From the sequence record PV654397.1: DNA of 64,000 bases, one strand, 5' to 3'. A program made the translations under genes and the position numbers. Below are positions 43,439-53,292 of the stretch, in pieces; the first letter of the stretch is position 1, and each line of letters starts with the position of its first letter. A model generated the notes under the pieces. The model was not told the DNA's origin. It ran no database searches and saw nothing but the letters and a program-made list of their open reading frames with translations.

Positions 43439-43645
43439 TCAGTAACCTCCAGTGTTTGCAAACCATTTACCACGGAAATAAAGATTTGCACCTTTATCAC
43501 CTGGGGTAAAAACTTCCAACTTCATAGTCTTCTCACCATTACATTGAGGACAATCATGAGGTTCTTCACGATTGGCAATTTTTACAATCTTTTCTAAACT
43601 GTGTTTACATTCTTCTTTTTCACAACGATATGTATATAATGGCAT
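43439..43645 (-). CDS. FmdB-family zinc-ribbon protein
   Basis: MPLYTYRC..C..CPQC..G..FRGKWF. Confidence 0.8.
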   Translation of the reverse strand: MPLYTYRCEKEECKHSLEKIVKIANREEPHDCPQCNGEKTMKLEVFTPGDKGANLYFRGKWFANTGGY

Positions 43646-43682
43646 TTTTGTCTTCCTTTACTTATTTTTAAATCAAAAATTT

Positions 43683-43701
43683 GGGGAACTCCATGTTCCC
43701 C
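43683..43701 (-). terminator. Hairpin/terminator after the clamp gene
   Basis: GGGGAAC-tccat-GTTCCCC. Confidence 0.6.
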
Positions 43702-43711
43702 ATTATTTATA

Positions 43712-44443
43712 TTAGCAACCTGTTACGTAAATCTTGTATACCGCAATACCAGTGTCTAGAGTTACGTTTAGCATACCAGTTTTGGTAATACCAAGGGTAA
43801 CAGATTCTGCGTTAGAAACGCGGGATAGAGCTTGTAGAACACGGTCAATGTTATAACCAAAACCAAGACCTAGTTCACCTTCAGTTTTAGAGAATGCTAG
43901 TGCACCAACGTGGTTACTTTTGTTCTTCTCACCAACGTGGAAGTAAAGAGTATCACCTTCAGTGTATGGAGTTACTAGAGAACTGAAAGATTTAAACACA
44001 CCAGAGAAGCTTTTTAGTTCCTGAACTTTAGCTGCACTAGGTGTAACCTGTACGTCATATGGTTGTTCGTGGAAACGAGGCTGGGCTGGAATTAGTTTTT
44101 CTGGTTGAACCATGAAAGTAGTGCTTGCATCTTCTGCTTTGAATGCTAGGCTCTTAACTGCACCATCTTTCAAATTAGAAGTGATAGTAGTTCCTTCAGT
44201 ACTATAAGTTTTTAGAGACATTAGACCCTGTAGAAGACCTAGGTTACCAAGACCAAAACGACCTTGAACTTCTGGTACGTCTTCTTTAGTATATGCACGC
44301 ATAACTAGGGTGCGGTCATCGGTGTATGCTTCCATGTAAACACGCTGTCCATCACCACGGTCTTCACTGCTAACTGCGATACAAGAAAAGTCGATGCCGT
44401 TGGTAGTGTTAACTAGGTCACGTAGTACGTTGCGTAGATCCAT
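43712..44443 (-). CDS. gp45: Sliding clamp (T4 gp45-like)
   Basis: 243 aa, two-domain alternating pattern, GRFGLGNLGLL; near the DNA polymerase gene; high-expression codon bias. Confidence 0.7.
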   Translation of the reverse strand: MDLRNVLRDLVNTTNGIDFSCIAVSSEDRGDGQRVYMEAYTDDRTLVMRAYTKEDVPEVQGRFGLGNLGLLQGLMSLKTYSTEGTTITSNLKDGAVKSLAFKAEDASTTFMVQPEKLIPAQPRFHEQPYDVQVTPSAAKVQELKSFSGVFKSFSSLVTPYTEGDTLYFHVGEKNKSNHVGALAFSKTEGELGLGFGYNIDRVLQALSRVSNAESVTLGITKTGMLNVTLDTGIAVYKIYVTGC

Positions 44444-44510
44444 TATATAATTCTCCGTTTTATTTGTTAATCAAAAATGTTTTTGTATGCTTCAGATTAC
44501 TACAAGCACC

Positions 44511-44539
44511 ATTATATCTCGTGAATGATGCTTGTCTCA
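44511..44539 (-). promoter_or_regulatory. TGAGAC-N17-TATAAT promoter
   Basis: Exact match upstream of the clamp. Confidence 0.8.
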
Positions 44540-44547
44540 ATTTTTTA

Positions 44548-44850
44548 TCAGTATTTTGTGTTCCAACGTTTAAGGTACGGCTTATCAGCGTTTGCACCTG
44601 CACCAATGTTGAATTTGTAACGTAGATGTTCTAAGTCTTTTAACGTGTTAACATCTTCAACAATGACAACTTTGCGTTTCTTTTCAATAGAATAGACGTC
44701 AACAATCTCACCGTCAATTTCAACAGAACCAGTTCTGGTGAAACCAGCAGACATTAGAACAACTTCATCATCATTATTGTATGCAAGTACTGAATTTACG
44801 ATAGTACTATCTTCCAGTACTGCACCAACACGCTTATAGATATTTTCCAT
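44548..44850 (-). CDS. Hypothetical protein
   Basis: GGAG RBS before ATG 44850. Confidence 0.6.
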   Translation of the reverse strand: MENIYKRVGAVLEDSTIVNSVLAYNNDDEVVLMSAGFTRTGSVEIDGEIVDVYSIEKKRKVVIVEDVNTLKDLEHLRYKFNIGAGANADKPYLKRWNTKY

Positions 44851-44851
44851 A

Positions 44852-44992
44852 TTACTCTCCTTGGGATGCACTCCATAAAACGTACTGTTCCCACGCCTCG
44901 TTAACACTGTCCTCAGACAGTGCCAGTGATTCATCAGAGAATACGTCATTTACTTCGTCATATTTTAGTTTAGTTTCGTCTGCAATAATCAT
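44852..44992 (-). CDS. Small hypothetical protein
   Basis: 46 aa; AAGGA RBS. Confidence 0.5.
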   Translation of the reverse strand: MIIADETKLKYDEVNDVFSDESLALSEDSVNEAWEQYVLWSASQGE

Positions 44993-45002
44993 AATATTTT
45001 CC

Positions 45003-48000
45003 TTACCAGGTGAAGAATCCGTTATTAACGGCTGCTGTGCTTTTCTCATGAATACCAATATCCATATCCAGAATACCAAAAATGTTTTCTAATTTTTTAG
45101 TTAGAACTATTTCTTCCATTTTCTCTGTATCAAATGGTAGTTCTAAGAACCATTCAGGTAGATATTCCACACAGTCAATTGGGTAACCTACTGCTTTGAT
45201 ACCCATCGGGTTATCTTTTAAGTTACATACAATTACTTTTGTACCGTCAGTTACTTCAGGTACAGTTTTGTCATCATATACTTCACGTAGACGGTTCCAT
45301 TGAATACCTGCTAATACGTGACCAACTTTACATTTACCAGAAACTTCATATTCTGCTTCTAAGTTGGTATAGTTCTTAACAGTTTTCGGTGAACCCTTTT
45401 CGTGTACAGGCATGTCTTTAAATACCTCTTTAAAGTCACGTACACGCTGTTTAAGTTGAGCTTCAGACTCACCCACCAGCAATGCAATTAGAGTCTCTTC
45501 TAGGAAGTTCTGGATGTATTTTGGCGTATCTGAACGTTTAATTTCAAGACCCATCGCTTTAATTTCACCAGGCTTTCCATCAACATCTTTACGGAAACCA
45601 TCTTCCCAGTACTTGAGAATTGCATAACGCTTTTTCTTCAGGAATAGACCACGGGAACCGACCATCTCTAGGTCTGCACCAACAATCTTACCTTTCTCAA
45701 TACCAGTATTGAACATTTCGTTCATGAATGAAGGGAATGATTCACCAACTTCATCACCGATTTTGATATACATGTCAACAATTTCTTCTTTAGAAAGATT
45801 ATATGGAATACCTTGTTCTTTCAGGTAATGAGTTACACTGAAGTAAACGGAGTCAGTATCACCGTAAATTACAGAGCCACCTTGGTGATTATAAACACCA
45901 GTAGTGATTTCATTGATACGGCTTGCCATATGTTTAGTCATAGAACGACCAGTTAAGGTAACGGACTGACCTAAACGCTTATCAAAGAAACGTGAACCTT
46001 TGTTCAATAGTGCACCATATAGACTGTTTAGAAGAATCTTACGAATTTGCTGGTTCTGTTTCCAGAATGCACTTTGCTGTTTGAAGTAATTCTTATCTTC
46101 CGTTGCACAGAAAATACGACCATCTTTCAGTACTAAACCATTTTCCACAATGAGTTTTGCAACTTCTTCCCATTGACCTTTACCAATAGCAATACGTAAT
46201 AGATAAACAGGATCATTGTCATGTAAGTTTGTACGGAACATTGTACCACTTGTGTAGTTAGATAGCAAAGGTTCAACCTTCTCAGAACCATTGAATTCCC
46301 ACCCATCACTGTACATGTGTTTGTAGTCGATTACCATTTTTTGTTGTGCTTTACGCTCAGAATACCATTGAGTAAGAATATCTGGAATTACACCATACTT
46401 AGACTTATCAAAAAGTGTTCCGTTAGCACTTAGTACAATAGTACTGTCTTCAGCAAAGATAATATCATACAATTCTTTACCAGTTGCATTGAACGAACTA
46501 CCATCTTCTAAATCAACAATCAAAGTTTTGTCAGATTTTTCATGAACCATTGTAAATTCTACAGCAGCAAATAAACCATGCCATGCAGCGGTCCAATCAG
46601 GTTCAAACGCTTTAGATTTGGATTTAGCTTTTTGCTCTTGTACTTTAGCAGCAAGATATGCATCAGTGTAGTCTTGACGAAGTTGTCCAAGAATACATTC
46701 AGTACTCATGCCAAGTGTACGTAGTACAGTTGGATACAATGAGTTAAAGTCTGTACATCCCAAATCGCTAACAAGGCCAAGAACTGGATCTTGAACCCAT
46801 GCACCAGCAGCTTTTGCACTGATTTTCTCATCTTCTTCATCACCTTCTTCACCATAGTACTCCATCTCTGGATCTAACTCAATATCATCTTTCGGTGCTT
46901 TGTTAAAAACAACTTCACCGCGACTGTGAGCAAGGTTGATGATAGCAGTGTCGATTAGTGCAACCGAACCCATTGTAGTACTAATTAGTACACATTCTTT
47001 ATGAGCAAGACGGTTATGCAGGTTGATAAAGTCACATTTAGCATCAATTTTCTTTAGAAGAATACTATCCTGCTTAGAATAACGCAAGAATGTAATGTAA
47101 TCTTCACGGTATAGTTTATCCAATGAACCTTCATAGGATACTTTGTTTTCTTTAGTTACTTTTTCAGCAATATAATCTAGTTTGTACGACTGTTCAACTT
47201 GACCAGCATGTTTCTTATAAAGAGCAAGATAGTCTAAGTGTACACGACCAATAAGATCATACGTTACTACAGTTTTACCAAAGTTATCAGCTTCACGAGC
47301 ATTTGGTTTTTTATTCCACAAGCACCAACGAGCAGTAGTTGCTTCGTTGAAGATTTTCTTGGTACGGTTGACCATATATGGAATATCAAAGAATTCACTG
47401 TTCCAACCTGAAATTACATCAGAGTCATCGATTAGACTAAAGAACTCCATAAACATTTCTTTCTCATCCGTATAAAGGATGACAGTACTGTTAGGGTCGT
47501 TAGTTTCTTCGTTTAACTGACGAACAATATCTTGTGCTTCGTACATTTCCATATCAGTTGGTGGCAAAGTCAGTACATAATCCTTACCAGTCCATGATTG
47601 ATATAGAGAAATTGCAGTTACACGGTTGAATGGATCTGATGGTGGAGCATAACCAAACTTCTTATGGAAGTCGGTTTCGATATCGAAAAATGCTACGTTC
47701 AAATCCGGCGAACCTTTACCCATGTATTCTCTAGCCAACGTCTTGAAGGTAATGTTGCAATCACTTTCAAAAATACGCAGACCTTCATTTTTATGTTGCT
47801 CAACGCTTTTATTCATCTGTGATTGAGTTTCAAACTCCAAATGCTTTGCGTTGGTTCCATAAATTGTTTTGTGTTCACCAGTAGGAGATTCAACATAATA
47901 TTCATATACTGGGTCCAACTGACGTAGAATACGTTTACCGTTTTTACGTTCTGCTACGTGCAAAATATCACCAGTACGTTTACGTTCCATATAAGCATCG

Positions 48001-48008
48001 ATATACAT
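45003..48008 (-). CDS. gp43: Family B DNA polymerase (T4 gp43-like)
   Basis: FDIETD, GWNSEFFDIPY, YKLD, DFNSLYP, KILLNSLYG, YGDTDS, KKRY. Confidence 0.97.
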   Translation of the reverse strand: MYIDAYMERKRTGDILHVAERKNGKRILRQLDPVYEYYVESPTGEHKTIYGTNAKHLEFETQSQMNKSVEQHKNEGLRIFESDCNITFKTLAREYMGKGSPDLNVAFFDIETDFHKKFGYAPPSDPFNRVTAISLYQSWTGKDYVLTLPPTDMEMYEAQDIVRQLNEETNDPNSTVILYTDEKEMFMEFFSLIDDSDVISGWNSEFFDIPYMVNRTKKIFNEATTARWCLWNKKPNAREADNFGKTVVTYDLIGRVHLDYLALYKKHAGQVEQSYKLDYIAEKVTKENKVSYEGSLDKLYREDYITFLRYSKQDSILLKKIDAKCDFINLHNRLAHKECVLISTTMGSVALIDTAIINLAHSRGEVVFNKAPKDDIELDPEMEYYGEEGDEEDEKISAKAAGAWVQDPVLGLVSDLGCTDFNSLYPTVLRTLGMSTECILGQLRQDYTDAYLAAKVQEQKAKSKSKAFEPDWTAAWHGLFAAVEFTMVHEKSDKTLIVDLEDGSSFNATGKELYDIIFAEDSTIVLSANGTLFDKSKYGVIPDILTQWYSERKAQQKMVIDYKHMYSDGWEFNGSEKVEPLLSNYTSGTMFRTNLHDNDPVYLLRIAIGKGQWEEVAKLIVENGLVLKDGRIFCATEDKNYFKQQSAFWKQNQQIRKILLNSLYGALLNKGSRFFDKRLGQSVTLTGRSMTKHMASRINEITTGVYNHQGGSVIYGDTDSVYFSVTHYLKEQGIPYNLSKEEIVDMYIKIGDEVGESFPSFMNEMFNTGIEKGKIVGADLEMVGSRGLFLKKKRYAILKYWEDGFRKDVDGKPGEIKAMGLEIKRSDTPKYIQNFLEETLIALLVGESEAQLKQRVRDFKEVFKDMPVHEKGSPKTVKNYTNLEAEYEVSGKCKVGHVLAGIQWNRLREVYDDKTVPEVTDGTKVIVCNLKDNPMGIKAVGYPIDCVEYLPEWFLELPFDTEKMEEIVLTKKLENIFGILDMDIGIHEKSTAAVNNGFFTW

Positions 48009-48090
48009 CGTTTGTATTCCTTTACGTTTATTAAGTTAAAAATAAAGCCCCCATTCATTGGAGGCTATAAAGTTTAGTTTTTAGTACTTA

Positions 48091-48396
48091 TTAGTAATCG
48101 TCATCTGCTTGTGGCAAATTGTTAGTAACACTTAGGATAGTTTCGATATTATCGAGTTTGTTTTGTTTATCAAAGTAATCGCCTTTGTAGATACGTTGAG
48201 CGGCTTGTTTGATATCGGATGCATCAATACCTAGTTCATCAGAGATGGAACTAATGAAATCTGCATAGGATGCTTTGGTATCGTCAATAAAAGTAAGTTG
48301 TACTACTGCGTTGTTTAGTGCATCACCTAGGCGTTTACGTTGTTCATCATTTAGGTCACGAATTTCAACTTTAACTTCTTTTTTAGCTTTTGCCAT
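48091..48396 (-). CDS. T4 DsbA-like dsDNA-binding / transcription regulator
   Basis: 101 aa helical; ISDELGIDASDIKQAAQRIYK resembles T4 DsbA AKDELGVDGKMFNRLLALYHK. Confidence 0.55.
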   Translation of the reverse strand: MAKAKKEVKVEIRDLNDEQRKRLGDALNNAVVQLTFIDDTKASYADFISSISDELGIDASDIKQAAQRIYKGDYFDKQNKLDNIETILSVTNNLPQADDDY

Positions 48397-48458
48397 TTGT
48401 TTGCTTCTCCATGTGTTTTGAAAAAAATGTCATCTCACAACCGCTGTAAGATGACTAC

Positions 48459-48487
48459 ATTGTATCACTACTTTAAAAGTTGTCTCA
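48459..48487 (-). promoter_or_regulatory. TGAGAC-N17-TACAAT promoter
   Basis: Upstream of the dsbA-like gene and DNA polymerase. Confidence 0.8.
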
Positions 48488-48495
48488 ATATTTTT

Positions 48496-50205
48496 TTAAT
48501 AACCAATTGTTGTCCAGTACACGCCCAGTCCACGTGGATTATCATCATTTGGGTTAGCTGCACCAACAGCAATCTGTGAGTTACTTAAAATATTACCATG
48601 TGATGCCCATGCAGCATCATTATCTGGACGACCTGATACTCTACCAGTTACTTGTAGATTTAAACAAGCATTTGGGTATGGTATAGGTAATGTTACAGTT
48701 ACATACGAGTCATCCCCTACTGCCAAGTATCCCCACTGGGTTATCATACCAGTATTGTTATCTTTATACCAGCCATTTTGTGTCAACGACGCAGAAGTTG
48801 TTGTGGTAGATATAGTTACATTACCACTTGCATCTGCCGCAGTACCGTTAACTGAACGTACAATGTTTTTACCAGATACTGTTGCAGAGTTAGAACTAAC
48901 AACCAACGATGGAGAAGTTAGTACACCAGATGAGTTAATTGTAACTTCCGAACCACCATTACTTCTCAAACGTAATGTATTGTTAGATGAACTATGATAA
49001 ATTGCTGCACGTTCACCATCAGTAGCGTTACGGAAGTAAAGTACTAATGAAGTGTCATTTGAACGTATAGAAGCACTGTTAGCAATAGTCAATGAACCAG
49101 TCATTACATCACCAGTTTTAAGTACATAACGGGTGTTTGCAACTTTTTCACTCAAAGCAACGTTGGACTCAGCAATGTTATATAAGTATGCCACATTGAA
49201 GTGTGGTACGTCAATATTACTAATTCCGTGGCTGTGTGCTTGACCACTACCAACGGTATTGGTTGAACCACTGAAACTATGCACGTGATCAGGTGCTTCG
49301 TTAATGTTATTAATTACAGTTGGGATTCCGTTGTCGTTACTGGATGTTAACGCATTAAGACCACTTCTGTCCATACCTTTTAGTGCCTGACTATGACCAT
49401 GACGACCAGCAGCACCAGTAGTTCCACTGAAACTAAATGAGTGCGGTGGAAGTTGAGCAATTGATATCGCAGTACCACTAATTGATGCACTACTTGCAAT
49501 CACACTATCAGTTTTAGTTACGCCTGATGTGGTAATGCCTTTCAAGTATGCTTCTTGGTTAAGATTCGGAACTTGTTTTGTGATTGTACCATTTTCACCA
49601 ACCCATTGCCACCACATTCCATCAGCAAAACACCAACCATCAGAAGTTTTCCACGGAGAACCTTGTGAACCATTACGACCACTTTGACCATTGGTTACAC
49701 CAGACATCTGTTCACGAATACTAGCAACAGTTTGTCCAGAAGTCAATGAGTACTGGGTAATTGCACCAGGCTTCATTGAAGTATAAAGACCTGTTGGGCC
49801 AGTACCGCTACTTGATGGAATAGGGAATATGATATTTAAATTCGTACCACTAATGCTCGCACTTGGAACAGCACTACTACTATATGTTACTGTTTCAACT
49901 TTTAAATTCAGTTTACGGTTCACTTCATCGAGTGAAATACGGATTGGTTCAAGAATTGTATCAGTATCGTATACTGCAATCCAACTTGTCCCGTTGTGGT
50001 ATTTTAACACCAACTCATTTCTATCAAATACCATAGCACCTTGCTCACCTGCTGGCAATGTCTGTACTGGTAAAATGACAGAAGATGAATTAAAACGAAT
50101 AGGTCTTGGATTAGTTGGCGTACCACCAAGCACTATTAGTTCTAAAGATCCATTAGCACCAGTACTAGTCATAGTATCCAGTGGGTTATTAAAACTTATG
50201 CTCAT
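48496..50205 (-). CDS. Tail fiber / baseplate-attached protein
   Basis: Collar-like GWCFADG..VPNL, HxH repeats, YVLKTGDVMTG, C-terminal gp53-like NGWYKD..GMITQWG; late promoter at 50238-44. Confidence 0.8.
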   Translation of the reverse strand: MSISFNNPLDTMTSTGANGSLELIVLGGTPTNPRPIRFNSSSVILPVQTLPAGEQGAMVFDRNELVLKYHNGTSWIAVYDTDTILEPIRISLDEVNRKLNLKVETVTYSSSAVPSASISGTNLNIIFPIPSSSGTGPTGLYTSMKPGAITQYSLTSGQTVASIREQMSGVTNGQSGRNGSQGSPWKTSDGWCFADGMWWQWVGENGTITKQVPNLNQEAYLKGITTSGVTKTDSVIASSASISGTAISIAQLPPHSFSFSGTTGAAGRHGHSQALKGMDRSGLNALTSSNDNGIPTVINNINEAPDHVHSFSGSTNTVGSGQAHSHGISNIDVPHFNVAYLYNIAESNVALSEKVANTRYVLKTGDVMTGSLTIANSASIRSNDTSLVLYFRNATDGERAAIYHSSSNNTLRLRSNGGSEVTINSSGVLTSPSLVVSSNSATVSGKNIVRSVNGTAADASGNVTISTTTTSASLTQNGWYKDNNTGMITQWGYLAVGDDSYVTVTLPIPYPNACLNLQVTGRVSGRPDNDAAWASHGNILSNSQIAVGAANPNDDNPRGLGVYWTTIGY

Positions 50206-50246
50206 GTATAAATCCCTTTAATGATTAATATATACTATATTTATTA

Positions 50247-50555
50247 CTATAGCAAGTCGTTTTCCATATCGTCAAGAACAGAATCGACGATGTTCGCTGC
50301 TATCTTCTTAGGCATCTTGAACCACTCGGTGTTAGGTTGCCTTACTGCGTTCATTTGTTTTAGTCTTTTGTGAATTTCTTTCTCTGCTAAACGTGCATCT
50401 TCAAAGTGTACTTCATGGTATACCACAAAATCTCTAAAAGGTGTAGCAGTTTGATATGTCCTTAAACGTTCTGTCATTTCAGATTTACTGGTAAATCCTA
50501 TCTTAACATAATCAGGCCATGCATCATTTACTATAACATAACATATCTGTGACAT
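50247..50555 (-). CDS. T5orf172/GIY-YIG-family protein
   Basis: CYVIVN..YVKIGFT..RLRTYQT..AEKEIH..EWF. Confidence 0.8.
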   Translation of the reverse strand: MSQICYVIVNDAWPDYVKIGFTSKSEMTERLRTYQTATPFRDFVVYHEVHFEDARLAEKEIHKRLKQMNAVRQPNTEWFKMPKKIAANIVDSVLDDMENDLL

Positions 50556-50594
50556 AGAAAATATCTCCATCAGTAATATGAAGATATTTATTAA

Positions 50595-50945
50595 TCAAGT
50601 AATTCGGAAATTTACCCCAGCATCAATTAGGCGTTGGAATGGGTTTTGTGGCTCGAATTCAGAAGGAGTTTTTGAAATGTTCAGTACTGGAGCATCAGCA
50701 TGTAACTTTGACATACGTTCTTTGTACTTATCTAAGTATTCTTCATATAACATATCTTCAGTGTTACTATCAAGTATGTCTTCAATAAATGAATCAATAC
50801 TATAGTCCAGTCTATCATCATTATAATACAAAGTTTCACTAGCTTCATCATAACCAACTAAAGTCCCGTATGGAACGTTAATCTCAATTTTTGAGTACTG
50901 ACTCTTTAAGTACTCTTCTTTCTTAAAAATGTATACAGTTAACAT
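50595..50945 (-). CDS. Hypothetical protein
   Basis: GGAG RBS before ATG 50945. Confidence 0.6.
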   Translation of the reverse strand: MLTVYIFKKEEYLKSQYSKIEINVPYGTLVGYDEASETLYYNDDRLDYSIDSFIEDILDSNTEDMLYEEYLDKYKERMSKLHADAPVLNISKTPSEFEPQNPFQRLIDAGVNFRIT

Positions 50946-50968
50946 CCGTGTCAACTCCTTATGGTTGT

Positions 50969-51892
50969 TTACTTAAAAGTATTTACGATTTCCAAAACAC
51001 TTTCAAGATACTTAGCATCAAAAGTTTCAGTAAATCCTGATGGTAACTCTTCAGTACTTACTACACCACTATCAATGTATTGTTTCAAAAACTTTTCCAA
51101 TAATAATGGTTTGTTACCATCCTCAAAGTAACGTTCTACCAGTACAGTGTGTTCAAAATCAGAATCACGGCTTTGTTCATGAATTCGCCTCTTCATGTCA
51201 CCAGTAATTCCGTATTTGTAAACGACTTTTGAGTTATTAGATAGTTTTTGTACATAGAAATATCCAGGCTTTGATGGTTGATAACCATACTCACCACATG
51301 ATGGACATCCTCTTCCTGCCATATGAGATTTGGGTATTTGTTTAAAGACACCATGTTCAGGACAAATAATATCCACATGTTCATCACTAGTCTTGTAATC
51401 CACCAAGCTATAATCATACTTATGGTTATGGATAGGCGACACAAGTTCAATGAAACGTTCAGTACTTCTTCCACCTTTACCAGAACATATTCCACAACTA
51501 GTTTTTCCTTTTAATAATGTTGCGGCTGATACTTCCCAATCATGAACATCATTTGGATCGTTGTGACATGTTACCGTCACTTTCCCATTACAATCACGTT
51601 GTCTTTTGTAGATAGTTTTTTCAAATGACAATGTTGGATGAATTGTTTTTACTTTCTCTATGAACGTTTCAGTTGTGTATGCTGTATTTTTTTGGCAAAT
51701 ATTACATCCCTTTGCAGTAGATCTTACAATTTGCATAGGAGTGATTTTGAAATAATGACCACCTTCCACACAATAAAGTTCAACCTGTTTATGTGCATTT
51801 ATGTATACCATTTTATCAAACAAATAAACCCCAGTGCCATATTTTTCATTCACCGTATTGATAAATTTTTCTTCATTTGGATTCATTGTCAT
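50969..51892 (-). mobile_element. Free-standing homing endonuclease (repeated Cys/His DNA-binding modules + GIY-YIG-like C-terminus)
   Basis: Three repeats of FI..V..(H)..Y....Y...V.I.C..H..F...P..H..G.GC..C; YFYVQ..YKYGIT..RR..E. Confidence 0.8.
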
Positions 51893-51963
51893 TTCTCTTC
51901 TTCATTTATAATGTACGCGTATTATTACACAAAAAATGTGACATGTCAACACAAAAAAAGAAA

Positions 51964-51983
51964 AGGGACTCCGAAGAGTCCCT
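51964..51983 (-). terminator. C(UUCG)G terminator after MCP
   Basis: AGGGACTC-TTCG-GAGTCCCT-TTTCTTTTTTT. Confidence 0.85.
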
Positions 51984-52026
51984 ATTGTTTTTAATTTCTT
52001 GATTAAATCTTTTAAATCGATTACAA

Positions 52027-53202
52027 TTACATGAAAGTAACGTTTTTGATAGCGATTTTGCTGTAGTAGTCAGCAGCGTTACCAAGAGAAGAAGTACTAT
52101 CAGTCAATTGTACATAACCATACCTGGTAAGGAAAGTTGTGACCAATTCCCCAGTGTTAGGGTCCATTACAGTACCGGAAGCCATTAGTGGGATGTATGG
52201 GCAATAGAACACACCAGCATCAGTTTCAGCGTTACCTTTGTAACCAATTAGGATATCTTCAACATCACTTGCATAGGTATCAACGAAGATACGCATGGTG
52301 CTGTTTAGAGTACCAACAAATTTAACGTTAGTTGGAGCTTCGAAAGTACCTTCAGTAGTACGTGCAAAACTAGAAGTAGTTGCAGACTGTAGAATGGTTA
52401 GAGCGGTTGGAGAAACAACAGCCCAGTTCGCAGCACCACGTTTGGTACGACGAGCAACTTCGTTCGCTTGACGGTTGATTAGGGTAGCTAGAGCAGCGTG
52501 CTCGTCACCAACGAAGGTCGCAACACCAGTAACTTTAGATTGGTCATAAGTTACAGCAGCAGCACCAGGTAGTGCACGTAGACGGCTTAGTAGCTCTTGG
52601 TCGATTTCAACGGTAACTTCTTGAGCGATTGCAGCCATTAGTTCAGCTTCAACGTCGATACCATGTTGGGATTGTGCATCTTGTGCAGATTCAACAGTCC
52701 AACGTGCAGATAGACGACGAGATTTCGCTTCAACAGTTTCACGTAGAATACGGATGTTAACGCGACGACCCATAGTACCTTCTAGTTGGCTAGTAGGAGC
52801 AGCTTGTGGGTTGCTGTTGTCTGCGTTTAGGTCACCAGTATAAGACTTAGCGATTTTGTATGGAGAAAGCATTTCTTCACCAGCGATAACACCAGGAGCG
52901 TTGTCAGCATATTGAACACGTAGGGTGTGGATCTGACCAACTGGGCCAGTCATTGGCTGAACACCGATGATTTCGTTAGCGATTACGGTTGGCATAACAC
53001 GACGCATAATTGGTAGAATCACTTTGTTTAGAGTAGCGATGTTACCAGCGGTGGTTGCACCAGAAGTAGCAGATTCGTTTAGCATTAGTTTACGATGGTT
53101 ATCAAGTACGGTTTCCATTACGGACTTACGAGTACCTTGTAGACCTTCAACTAGTTTCTCTTTAACTGCTACCCATTTGGATTCATTTAGTAGTTGTGAC
53201 AT
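52027..53202 (-). CDS. gp23: Major capsid protein (T4 gp23-like)
   Basis: RRVMPTVIANEIIGVQPMTGP, EAKSRRLSARWTVE, EIDQE, FYCPYIPL, TRYG. Confidence 0.97.
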   Translation of the reverse strand: MSQLLNESKWVAVKEKLVEGLQGTRKSVMETVLDNHRKLMLNESATSGATTAGNIATLNKVILPIMRRVMPTVIANEIIGVQPMTGPVGQIHTLRVQYADNAPGVIAGEEMLSPYKIAKSYTGDLNADNSNPQAAPTSQLEGTMGRRVNIRILRETVEAKSRRLSARWTVESAQDAQSQHGIDVEAELMAAIAQEVTVEIDQELLSRLRALPGAAAVTYDQSKVTGVATFVGDEHAALATLINRQANEVARRTKRGAANWAVVSPTALTILQSATTSSFARTTEGTFEAPTNVKFVGTLNSTMRIFVDTYASDVEDILIGYKGNAETDAGVFYCPYIPLMASGTVMDPNTGELVTTFLTRYGYVQLTDSTSSLGNAADYYSKIAIKNVTFM

Positions 53203-53246
53203 TATTATCTCCTTAAAGATGTTATATTCGTTTTTCAGTATGATAT

Positions 53247-53254
53247 TATTTATA
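53247..53254 (-). promoter_or_regulatory. Perfect T4 late promoter TATAAATA
   Basis: Upstream of MCP. Confidence 0.85.
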
Positions 53255-53292
53255 GAACTGAAAAATTTGATTATTAAAATGCTTTAAAATGT

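Noticed and set aside
50945-50954. In-frame CGG-A in ORF 50595-50954
   Set aside because: It lies upstream of the probable true start (ATG 50945, GGAG RBS), so it is not a coding CGG, and its +1 frame stops immediately.
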